A stretch of DNA of 12,960 nucleotides from an uncultured Candidatus Saccharibacteria bacterium (GCA_964432405.1 CAYSNH010000005.1:30074-43033), one strand, 5' to 3'. Shown: positions 1-7,784, numbered from the stretch's first letter. The notes: generated by a model not told the origin, from the letters alone. Numbers and translations: made by a program.

Positions 1-1
1 G

Positions 2-46
2 GGTGATATGGGTGATATGGGTGATATGGGTGATATGGGTGATGGT
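2..46 (+). repeat. In-frame 9-bp tandem repeat: ggtgatatg x4 plus one degenerate unit ggtgatggt, encoding (GDM)n.
   Basis: Exact copies at 2-10, 11-19, 20-28 and 29-37, with a variant at 38-46. The array touches the window edge and may continue upstream. Confidence 0.95.
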
Positions 47-826
47 ATACCTGAAGACCCTGGTATGGATGGTATGCCTGATCCAGGAGTATCTGGTTCA
101 AGCCCAGAAAATCCATCTAATAATACAGCTGGGGCTAGTGAGTTATCAGTTGAAGACTTAGCTAGCTTAGGATTAGATCTAGATTCTCTATTAGACCCAT
201 CACCATCTGAAACCACAGAAGAGCCAGGGGGCGATATGGGTATTAATGACATGCTTATCACAACAGTTAATTTGTTCTTAGCCAGTCTCTATGATTACTC
301 CCTTACAACCCTTCTTCAATTACCGTCCCTTGCCACCCCTAGTGTAGAAGGAGGTGTAACCAGTCTTTTAGTAGGCTCTAACCCTAATTCATATATTCTA
401 GGCTTGGTAGCTGCTGATATAGAAGATTTTAGAAGTCAGCTAGGAGGAAGAGGTCCAAATTCTTTGCAATTATATTATGCAGATATATCTAGTAATAGTT
501 TTTGTTCTAATACTCCAGATGAGATGTATAGCCCAGTGACAGCTAATGCCAACGCTGCTGTTAGTTGGTATATTTATGATCCTAATGAAAACAGAAGAAA
601 CTACCCGGGCGACTATGTGCCAGAGGAAGGCGTTTCTATTCCTAATCCTTGGTATGCCGCTATCACTATTAATCCTTTAGATTATGGTGAAATTTGTATA
701 GCTGTTTTTAATGATGAGGGCGATAAGATTCAAGATGTTGTTAAAGCTAGTACGGTAGCGTTTAACGACGGAATTAGCTCTTTCTTTGCCAACATCTTTT
801 CTTTTTTCAACTTCTTAAATAAATGA
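2..826 (+). CDS. Hypothetical protein, 5'-truncated by the window edge. An acidic Gly/Asp/Pro/Ser-rich low-complexity region with (Gly-Asp-Met)n is followed by a C-terminal domain of about 200 aa.
   Basis: The frame is open from nt 2 (GDMGDMGDMGDMGDG...), so the Met at nt 8 is probably internal. Stop TGA is at 824-826. I recognise no family motif. The C-terminus is aromatic and hydrophobic (FFANIFSFFNFLNK). Confidence 0.6.
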   Translation, partial: GDMGDMGDMGDMGDGIPEDPGMDGMPDPGVSGSSPENPSNNTAGASELSVEDLASLGLDLDSLLDPSPSETTEEPGGDMGINDMLITTVNLFLASLYDYSLTTLLQLPSLATPSVEGGVTSLLVGSNPNSYILGLVAADIEDFRSQLGGRGPNSLQLYYADISSNSFCSNTPDEMYSPVTANANAAVSWYIYDPNENRRNYPGDYVPEEGVSIPNPWYAAITINPLDYGEICIAVFNDEGDKIQDVVKASTVAFNDGISSFFANIFSFFNFLNK

Positions 827-869
827 AGTTGATTGCAATTAATCACTAGTTTTATTATCTTAATCTAGT

Positions 870-2165
870 ATGAAGTTTGTTATTAATGGCGGCAAAAAAC
901 TTCAAGGTGAAGTTCAGCTTGCTGGTGCTAAAAATGCAGCTACTAAAATGATGATAGCCTCTCTTTTAACAGAGGAGCCTTGTGTTTTAAAAAACTTTCC
1001 TCAGATTGGTGATACGGAGATCGTGGCAGAGCTTTGTCAATTGATTGGTGCTCAGTTGGAATATGGTGATCATGAATTAAAAATTCACACGCCGACCATT
1101 AAACAAACTCAGGTAATGTCTTTGAGTAGGCGTAATCGTATTCCTATCTTAGCCATCGGTCCACTTCTAGCTCGAGCTGGAGAGGCGGAGGTACCTATCT
1201 TAGGTGGTGACAAGATTGGCCCTCGACCTGTTAATTTGCATATTGATGCTTTGAAAGCTTTAGGTGCTGAAGTTACCACTACTCCAGATAGTTATAAGGC
1301 CGTAGCTAAAGATGGCTTAAGGGGAGCTTCTATTAGCCTTGAATTTCCTAGTGTTGGCGCAACAGAAAATATTATATTAGCTGCTGTGTTGGCTAAAGGA
1401 GATACTGTTATTACCAACGCCTCTATTGAGCCAGAGGTTATTGATTTGATTAAACTTCTTCAAAAAATGGGAGCTGTTATTGAATTGGGTGATAATAGAA
1501 CCATTAAAATCAACGGCGTTGAAAAACTGCAAGGCGCCACCCACTCTATTATTCCAGATCGTAACGAGGCGGCTTCTTTTGCCTGCTTAGCTGTTGCTAC
1601 CGATGGTGATATTTTGGTAAAAGATGCTCGTCAGAATGACCTGGCAGCTTTTCTAGACGTCTTAAAGAAAATAGGTGGAGGTTATGAGATAACCGATGGG
1701 GGTATTAGATTTTATAAAGAAAGAGAATTGTCAGGCGTGGAAATTGAAACCGATTCTCACCCAGGCTTTATGACCGACTGGCAACAGCCATTCACCGTTT
1801 TATTAACTCAAGCTCAAGGCATCTCTACCATTCACGAAACTATTTATGAAGAGCGTTTTGGCTATACCAAGGATCTTAATCAGATGGGGGCTGATATCAA
1901 AGTATCTTCTGAATGTTTAGGGGATTTAAGCTGTCGTTTTAGTAATCAGGGCTTTGGCCATAGCGCTACTATCAACGGCCCTACACCACTCAAGGCAATT
2001 AATACTCAGGTTCGAGACCTACGCTCTGGTATGGTTAATATTATTAGCGCATTAATAGCTGAAGGCACTTCTTTTATTTCTGGAGTAGAGGAGATTGATC
2101 GTGGTTATGAAAGAATCGATGAGCGACTTCGAGGACTAGGAGCTGATATTAATCGTTTAAGTTAG
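870..2165 (+). CDS. murA: UDP-N-acetylglucosamine 1-carboxyvinyltransferase (MurA), 431 aa
   Basis: The N-terminus KLQGEVQLAGAKNAA matches the MurA signature (E. coli KLQGEVTISGAKNAA). The active-site loop is GGDKIGPRPVNLH, and the length is typical. Confidence 0.95.
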   Translation: MKFVINGGKKLQGEVQLAGAKNAATKMMIASLLTEEPCVLKNFPQIGDTEIVAELCQLIGAQLEYGDHELKIHTPTIKQTQVMSLSRRNRIPILAIGPLLARAGEAEVPILGGDKIGPRPVNLHIDALKALGAEVTTTPDSYKAVAKDGLRGASISLEFPSVGATENIILAAVLAKGDTVITNASIEPEVIDLIKLLQKMGAVIELGDNRTIKINGVEKLQGATHSIIPDRNEAASFACLAVATDGDILVKDARQNDLAAFLDVLKKIGGGYEITDGGIRFYKERELSGVEIETDSHPGFMTDWQQPFTVLLTQAQGISTIHETIYEERFGYTKDLNQMGADIKVSSECLGDLSCRFSNQGFGHSATINGPTPLKAINTQVRDLRSGMVNIISALIAEGTSFISGVEEIDRGYERIDERLRGLGADINRLS

Positions 2166-2169
2166 ATTT

Positions 2170-2198
2170 TTGCTAATATTGGATTGATGTAGTAAAAT
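2170..2198 (+). promoter_or_regulatory. Candidate sigma70-type promoter for mreB copy 1 (TTGCTA-N17-TAAAAT)
   Basis: ttgcta at 2170-2175 and taaaat at 2193-2198, with a 17-nt spacer, lie in the 70-nt murA-mreB gap. Supported by sequence pattern only. Confidence 0.3.
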
Positions 2199-2235
2199 AT
2201 AGGTCACATTGAGCTAGCTTTTTTCTTATCAATTT

Positions 2236-3243
2236 ATGCTTATCCGAAAAATAGGAATCGACTTAGGAACCGTTAATACGATTGTCTTTGCTCAAGACAA
2301 AGGCTTTATCATCAACGAACCTACAATCGTTGCTATGAGCTCACCTGATAATACTGTCTTGGCGGTGGGTAGAGAGGCTAAGGATATGGTTGGTAGAACT
2401 CCTGATGACATTATTGCTTACAGACCCCTTAAGGATGGCGTTATCGCCGACTATTATATCACTCGAGCTATGCTCCAGTATTTTATTTCTAAAGCTATTG
2501 GTCAGTTTAATCTATTTAAACCGGATGTAGTTATTTCAGCTCCAGCAGGCATTACCACTACCGAAAGAAGGGCGGTGATTAATGCTGCTATGGAGGCAGG
2601 GGCAAAAAATGTTTTCATTGTTAAGGAGCCTATCTTGGCCGCTCTAGGAGCTGGCATTCCTATCAACTCTCACTCTGGTAATATGATTATTAACATTGGT
2701 GGAGGAACCGCGGAGATCGCTGTCATTTCTTTAGGAAGTGTAGTTTCTTGGTCCAGCTTAAAGGTGGCGGGTAATAAGTTTGATAAAGCTATTATGGATC
2801 TCATCAAGAAAAAATATTCACTTTCTATTGGTGAGCAGACAGCGGAAGCAGTTAAAATTAAAGTTGGTGCCGCTCTCCCTTCTCGAGAAAAATTAGAGAT
2901 GGAAACTAGAGGTAGAGATCTCATCTCCGGTCTTCCAAAAGATATTATAGTTAACTCCAATGAAGTAGCAGAGGCATTAAATACTCATTTAATGGATATT
3001 GCTGCTGCCGCTCAAAATGTTTTTAATCAGACCCCACCTGAATTAGTGGCTGATGTAATGGAAAAGGGAATTATCGTTTCTGGTGGTGGAGCTAGTATTC
3101 GTTATATCGACGAGTTCTTTAAACGTATGTTAGGAGTTGAGGCCTATGTTGCTGAAAACCCTCTCTTCTGCGTTGCTAAAGGATCAGGTATTATTCTCAA
3201 TCACCTTGATATATATAAACGCACCTTATTAGAAAAGAGATAA
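2236..3243 (+). CDS. mreB: Rod-shape actin homolog MreB, paralog 1 (335 aa, Thermotoga-like short N-terminus)
   Basis: It carries IGIDLGTVNT (phosphate 1), KEPILAALGAG, NIGGGTAEIAVIS (phosphate 2) and VSGGGASI. It aligns along its length to the T. maritima MreB as I recall it, including GxxNLFKPxVVI. Confidence 0.93.
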   Translation: MLIRKIGIDLGTVNTIVFAQDKGFIINEPTIVAMSSPDNTVLAVGREAKDMVGRTPDDIIAYRPLKDGVIADYYITRAMLQYFISKAIGQFNLFKPDVVISAPAGITTTERRAVINAAMEAGAKNVFIVKEPILAALGAGIPINSHSGNMIINIGGGTAEIAVISLGSVVSWSSLKVAGNKFDKAIMDLIKKKYSLSIGEQTAEAVKIKVGAALPSREKLEMETRGRDLISGLPKDIIVNSNEVAEALNTHLMDIAAAAQNVFNQTPPELVADVMEKGIIVSGGGASIRYIDEFFKRMLGVEAYVAENPLFCVAKGSGIILNHLDIYKRTLLEKR

Positions 3244-3932
3244 TGGATCTGAGAAAAATATTTCAAAAATTAATAAAAACTAATAATCTAGCCCAAGGAT
3301 ATTTAATGTTTGGAAGGCCAGAGATTGATTTTGTCCAAAAGCTAGCTAATTTTTTAGAAGCTGAAGAATGGAGTATATCAGAAAGACCTTTATCAGATTT
3401 ATTTTTTATCGAACCTGATGAGAAGGGGAAGATCAGTTTAGATACAGTTAAAAAGGTCCGGGAGTTTCTTTGGCAGAAGCCTGTCCAGTCAGAGCGTAGA
3501 TTGGTTGTTATCGATCAGGCCCAAACTCTCACTCCTCAGGCACAAAACGCTCTTCTTAAGATAGTGGAAGAGCCACCATCCTATGCCTTACTCATTTTAC
3601 TAACCCCTGATCCCGAGGTGTTAATAGCTCCCTTGAGATCTCGCCTACAAAAAATATTTTGCAACAAGCCCTTAAGGAAAGTTAATACCAACAAGGCCCA
3701 AACTTTTTTAAAGAGCACTTCTGTAAAGAGAAGTGCTATAATAAAAACAGTTGTTTCTGATGGAGAGCTTTTGAAAGAGTTTATTAGAGGCGTTATGGCC
3801 GAGTTAGATAAAAATCCAGTTGATAATTTTTTAGCTCTTAGGGAATTATCTCATCGCTGGAATATGATTAGTCGCTATAATACAAACAAAAAACTCCAAC
3901 TAGAAGCATGGACAAGATATTTAACTGGATAG
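3243..3932 (+). CDS. holB: DNA polymerase III delta-prime-like clamp-loader subunit (minimal, 229 aa)
   Basis: LVVIDQAQTLTPQAQNALLKIVEEPP matches the clamp-loader box NALLKxLEEPP. RSRLQ corresponds to the SRC arginine-finger motif. There is no GxxGxGK(T/S) P-loop (GYLMFGRPEIDFVQKLA). The start overlaps the mreB stop (TAATG). Confidence 0.75.
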   Translation: MDLRKIFQKLIKTNNLAQGYLMFGRPEIDFVQKLANFLEAEEWSISERPLSDLFFIEPDEKGKISLDTVKKVREFLWQKPVQSERRLVVIDQAQTLTPQAQNALLKIVEEPPSYALLILLTPDPEVLIAPLRSRLQKIFCNKPLRKVNTNKAQTFLKSTSVKRSAIIKTVVSDGELLKEFIRGVMAELDKNPVDNFLALRELSHRWNMISRYNTNKKLQLEAWTRYLTG

Positions 3933-3994
3933 CCCTTTTATTTTTTGCAGGAATTATTGTTTACTTTCTCCCTATAGCCTGTAATCTTTAAAAA

Positions 3995-4546
3995 ATGGAA
4001 GATAAATTATTACAACTAAATGAAGAACTAGCTGCTGCAATCCAGCATTTTAAAGATGAGATTGGTGGCATTAGAAGTAACCGACCCACTCCAAAATTAG
4101 TGGAAGATATTAAGGTTGATTATTTCGGTCAGCAACTACCTATTAAACAACTAGCCTCTGTTTCGGTTGTTCCTCCGCGTGAACTACAAATTTCCGCTTG
4201 GGATGCTCAATCAGCTCCTTTGATAGGCAAGGCTATCGATGCTGCTAATATCGGAGTTACAGCTAATGTTCAGGGTAATGTGATTCACGTTAATCTACCC
4301 CCTTTGTCAGAAGAAAGACGACAAGAATTGGTTAAATTAATTAAAAATATTTCTGAAGAGCATCGTATTAGAATTCGCTCTTTGAGAGAAAAGTATAATA
4401 AATCTATTAAACAGGCCGAGGATGATAAGGAGATTGATAAGGATCAGCGCTTTCGGTTTCAGGAAAGAAATCAAAAGGCTGTCAATGAATCAAATAAAGA
4501 AATTGAAGAAATCGTAGATAATAAAATTAAAGAGATACAGGAATAA
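3995..4546 (+). CDS. frr: Ribosome recycling factor (183 aa)
   Basis: IRSNRPTPKLVEDIKVDYFG...LPIKQLASVSV and LPPLSEERRQELVK align with E. coli Frr ([32 protein letters not shown]). Confidence 0.95.
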   Translation: MEDKLLQLNEELAAAIQHFKDEIGGIRSNRPTPKLVEDIKVDYFGQQLPIKQLASVSVVPPRELQISAWDAQSAPLIGKAIDAANIGVTANVQGNVIHVNLPPLSEERRQELVKLIKNISEEHRIRIRSLREKYNKSIKQAEDDKEIDKDQRFRFQERNQKAVNESNKEIEEIVDNKIKEIQE

Positions 4547-5550
4547 TGATATCAATCTTTTTTGTCATAGTTGGAATCTCAATATTAATACTTGTTCACG
4601 AGTGGGGTCATTTTATTGCTGCTCGATTTTTTAATCTTTTGGTAGAGGAGTTTGGAATTGGCTTTCCTCCTCGTCTATTTTCTAAAAAGAAAGGAGAGAC
4701 TCTTTATAGCATTAACGCTGTGCCTTTAGGAGGTTTCGTTAAGATATATGGAGAAAGTACTATCCAAGGAAGATCTGTTACCGATCCTAAAAGAAGTTTC
4801 GTTCATCAGCCAGCTTGGAAGAGGGCTATTATTGTATCCGCCGGTGTAGCAATGAATTTTATTTTTGGTTGGATCGTGATCTCGGCTATTTTGTTCATGG
4901 GTTCGCCATCCTTGATCTTGGTTGATTTGGTGGCTTCTGATAGCCCAGCTTCGGTTGCCGGTCTTCAACAAGGAGATCAGATTACCGGCTTTACTAACGC
5001 CGATGAATTTGTGAAGCATATTGCTAGTCATAAGGGTCAAGAAATATCTCTTAATATAAAGAGAGGCAAGGAGGAGCTAGTTACCAGTCTTACCCCTCGT
5101 ACCAATCCTCCTAAAGGTGAGGGGGCTGTAGGGGTTGCTTTGAGAGATGCTGGCGTACCTAAGCACGGCTTTGTTGAAAGTATTGGTAAGGGCTTTTTGT
5201 CGTCCGTCACTATTGTTGGCGCCGTCTTCGTCGGTCTTTATCAAGCTATCTTTGCTCCTCAGAATATTCTTGGTCCGGTAGGCATCTTTGATGTTGCTGT
5301 GAGTACGGGGGATCTGGGGTTAATCTATCTCTTCCAGTTTCTCGCTCTCATATCGCTTAATCTGGTGGTTTTAAATATTCTACCTATCCCAGCTTTAGAT
5401 GGTGGTAGATTGTTGTTTATTGCCATCGAAAAGATTAGAGGAAAGAAGTTTAATCTCAAAACAGAAATAATAGCTAACGCCGTTGGGTTTTCCTTCTTGA
5501 TTATCTTGATTATTTTAATAACACTTAAAGATGTAATAGGATTATTTTAA
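4546..5550 (+). CDS. rseP: RseP/RasP-like site-2 intramembrane zinc metalloprotease (M50 family), 334 aa
   Basis: HEWGH (HExxH) sits in the first TM segment. A central PDZ-like segment is present (SPASVAGLQQGDQI). NILPIPALDGG (NxxPxxxLDG) and multiple hydrophobic segments are also present. Confidence 0.9.
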   Translation: MISIFFVIVGISILILVHEWGHFIAARFFNLLVEEFGIGFPPRLFSKKKGETLYSINAVPLGGFVKIYGESTIQGRSVTDPKRSFVHQPAWKRAIIVSAGVAMNFIFGWIVISAILFMGSPSLILVDLVASDSPASVAGLQQGDQITGFTNADEFVKHIASHKGQEISLNIKRGKEELVTSLTPRTNPPKGEGAVGVALRDAGVPKHGFVESIGKGFLSSVTIVGAVFVGLYQAIFAPQNILGPVGIFDVAVSTGDLGLIYLFQFLALISLNLVVLNILPIPALDGGRLLFIAIEKIRGKKFNLKTEIIANAVGFSFLIILIILITLKDVIGLF

Positions 5551-5555
5551 TTTTT

Positions 5556-6725
5556 ATGAAACAGTCTCAACTTTTTACAAAAACCGAGAAAAACTTTCCT
5601 AAAGATGAGGAATCTATTAATGCCAAATATTTAATCAGAGCAGGCTTTATTAGAAAATCATCAGCAGGTGTCTACTCCTTCTTACCTCTTGGCTTACGAG
5701 TCTTAAATAAGATCAATCAGATTATCAGAGAGGAGATGAATAATATTGGTGGTCAGGAAGTTCTTTTCCCTTCTCTTATTGCTAAAAAATATTGGCAGAA
5801 ATCTGGTCGCTGGACCGTACCAGTGATGTACAAGCTAAAGGTTCAGCGTGACGAGTTTGGCTTGGGATGGACTCATGAAGAGATAGCTGCAAGCTTGGCC
5901 GATCAATTTATTCGTTCTGAAAAAGATCTTCCCCAAGCCGTTTATCAGATTCAAAATAAATTTCGTTTAGAGCCTCGGGCTCGTAGTGGTCTTTTAAGAA
6001 CCAGAGAGTTTTTAATGAAGGATCTTTATAGTTTTCATAAGACAGAAGATGATTTAGAAAATTTCTACAAAAAAACCGAGAAAGCTTATCTCAAGATATT
6101 TAAAAGATTATCTTTGCCAGTTAAAGTGGTTGAGGCGTCTGGTGGTAACTTTACCAAACAATATACTCACGAGTTTCAGACCTTAGTTGATAGTGGTGAG
6201 GATACGGTTTTTTATTGTTCGAAGTGTAAGTTCGCTCAAAACAAAGAAATTACTAAGGTGAAAGCAGGCTCTAAGTGCCCTGATTGCAAGGGGAGGATTG
6301 AGGAATCTCGAGCTATTGAGGTGGGCAATATCTTTCGTCTGGGTAATAGATTTTCACCTTGGTACATGGGCTCTTATGGCATCGGTCCTTCTCGATCTAT
6401 GGCAACTTTGGTAGAGGTCAATCATGACGACAAAGGTATCATTTGGCCAGAGACGGTTGCACCATACCAGGTTCATCTGTTAGAATTAGGCAAAATTTCC
6501 GCTAGCAAGATTTACAAAAAACTTAAGGATAAGGGGATTGAAGTTCTGTATGATGATCGACCAATTTCTCCCGGTGAGAAGTTTGCCGATGCTGATCTTA
6601 TCGGAATACCTTATCGTTTAGTCGTTAGTGAAAGAAATGCTAAGAAAGTGGAGGTAAAGGCACGCGGCGCTAAAAAAACAAAGTTATTGACCGAAAAGGA
6701 ATTAATTAAATGGTTAACCCCCTAA
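5556..6725 (+). CDS. proS: Prolyl-tRNA synthetase, bacterial-type core lacking the INS editing domain (389 aa)
   Basis: The N-terminus LIRAGFIRKSSAGVYSFLPLG and motif 2 FRLEPRARSGLLRTREFLMKD align with E. coli ProRS. Motif 3 (YGIGPSR) and the anticodon-binding domain (APYQVHLL...GIEVLYDDR...ADLIGIPYRLVV) also align. Confidence 0.9.
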   Translation: MKQSQLFTKTEKNFPKDEESINAKYLIRAGFIRKSSAGVYSFLPLGLRVLNKINQIIREEMNNIGGQEVLFPSLIAKKYWQKSGRWTVPVMYKLKVQRDEFGLGWTHEEIAASLADQFIRSEKDLPQAVYQIQNKFRLEPRARSGLLRTREFLMKDLYSFHKTEDDLENFYKKTEKAYLKIFKRLSLPVKVVEASGGNFTKQYTHEFQTLVDSGEDTVFYCSKCKFAQNKEITKVKAGSKCPDCKGRIEESRAIEVGNIFRLGNRFSPWYMGSYGIGPSRSMATLVEVNHDDKGIIWPETVAPYQVHLLELGKISASKIYKKLKDKGIEVLYDDRPISPGEKFADADLIGIPYRLVVSERNAKKVEVKARGAKKTKLLTEKELIKWLTP

Positions 6726-7756
6726 ATTATTTTGCAAAAGATGTTGGTATTGATCTTGGAACAGCTAATACACTTATTTATCTATCCGGCAAAGGCATAG
6801 CTGTTAATGAGGCTTCGGTAGTTTCTGTAAATAATAAGACCAATCATATTTTAGCAATTGGTCATGAAGCTAAAAAGATGATGGGGCGTACGCCAGCTCA
6901 TGTTGATATAGTACGACCTTTAATTAACGGCATCATTTCTGATTTCGAGATGACTCAGGAGATGATTAAGAATTATCTTCGTCGAGTAACAGGGGGTAAT
7001 ATTCGTAACTATCGACGTGCTATTATCGGGGTGCCTAGTAATTTAACTGAGGTAGAGAGAAAGTCGGTTGAAGATGCGGTAGTAGGCGCCGGTGTGAGCA
7101 AGGCTTTTTTAATAGAAGAGCCTTTGGCAGCTGCCTTAGGAGCTCGCTTACCAATCAACGAACCCACAGCTAACATGTTAGTTGATATTGGTGGTGGTAC
7201 CACTGAGATAGCTATTATCTCTATGGCTGGTACCGTGACCTCTAAAAGTTTAAAGATAGCCGGTGATCGCCTCAACGATGATATTATTCGCTTTGTTAGA
7301 GATGAGTTCCGTCTTATTATCGGCGAGCCAACGGCTGAAGAGCTCAAGATAAATATTGGTTCAGCTTTGCCATTGGAAGAGAAGGTGGAGATGTCAGTTC
7401 AGGGACGTGATATCGCTACAGGTTTACCCAAGGAGGTTATTATAAGAGACTCTCAAATAAGAACAGCTATTGCTCGATCACTTAAAACTATCATCGAGGC
7501 TGTAAGAGAGGTTCTGGAAATAGCTCCACCAGAGCTAGCTGGTGACATTCTTCGCAGGGGCGCTTATCTCTGCGGTGGGGGAAGTTTGTTGCGCAATCTT
7601 GATGAATTAATAGCACAAGAACTATCTATAGCGGTTCATGTTGTTGACGATCCTTTAACCTGCGTTGTTAGGGGGACTGGTATGGCGATAGAAAATTTTG
7701 AACAATATTCTCCAATTCTTAGTCACCCTCTTATTCCAAAAAATATCAGAGTTTAG
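6710..7756 (+). CDS. mreB: Rod-shape actin homolog MreB, paralog 2 (348 aa), at the head of the mreC-mreD-PBP2 cluster
   Basis: It carries VGIDLGTANTLIY, EEPLAAALGA, VDIGGGTTEIAIIS and CGGGSLL. The start overlaps the proS 3' end by 16 nt. Confidence 0.93.
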   Translation: MVNPLNYFAKDVGIDLGTANTLIYLSGKGIAVNEASVVSVNNKTNHILAIGHEAKKMMGRTPAHVDIVRPLINGIISDFEMTQEMIKNYLRRVTGGNIRNYRRAIIGVPSNLTEVERKSVEDAVVGAGVSKAFLIEEPLAAALGARLPINEPTANMLVDIGGGTTEIAIISMAGTVTSKSLKIAGDRLNDDIIRFVRDEFRLIIGEPTAEELKINIGSALPLEEKVEMSVQGRDIATGLPKEVIIRDSQIRTAIARSLKTIIEAVREVLEIAPPELAGDILRRGAYLCGGGSLLRNLDELIAQELSIAVHVVDDPLTCVVRGTGMAIENFEQYSPILSHPLIPKNIRV

Positions 7757-7784
7757 TTTACTATTTCATTCTAAGTGGCATAAT
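7757..7784 (+). promoter_or_regulatory. Candidate promoter for the orphan gene (TTTACT-N16-CATAAT with an upstream TG)
   Basis: tttact at 7757-7762, tg at 7776-7777 and cataat at 7779-7784. Supported by sequence pattern only. Confidence 0.3.

Noticed and set aside
2670-2960. A 96-aa antisense ORF inside mreB copy 1, with an equivalent 112-aa antisense ORF at 7009-7347 inside mreB copy 2.
   Set aside because: Both are shadow ORFs opposite the same conserved GGGT-motif region of confidently identified MreB genes. Their recurrence reflects codon bias of the sense strand, not an independent gene.
3933-3994. A T-rich tract after holB (cccttttattttttg) as a possible terminator.
   Set aside because: No stable hairpin precedes the T-run. 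The region is better explained as the spacer carrying the candidate frr promoter.
4726-5040. Other minus-strand ORFs: 4726-5040, 8689-8886, 11185-11406, 11986-12240 and 12545-12745.
   Set aside because: Each lies fully or largely inside a strongly supported + strand gene (rseP, mreC, PBP2, tpiA, murB). They have low-complexity or biased composition and no start context.
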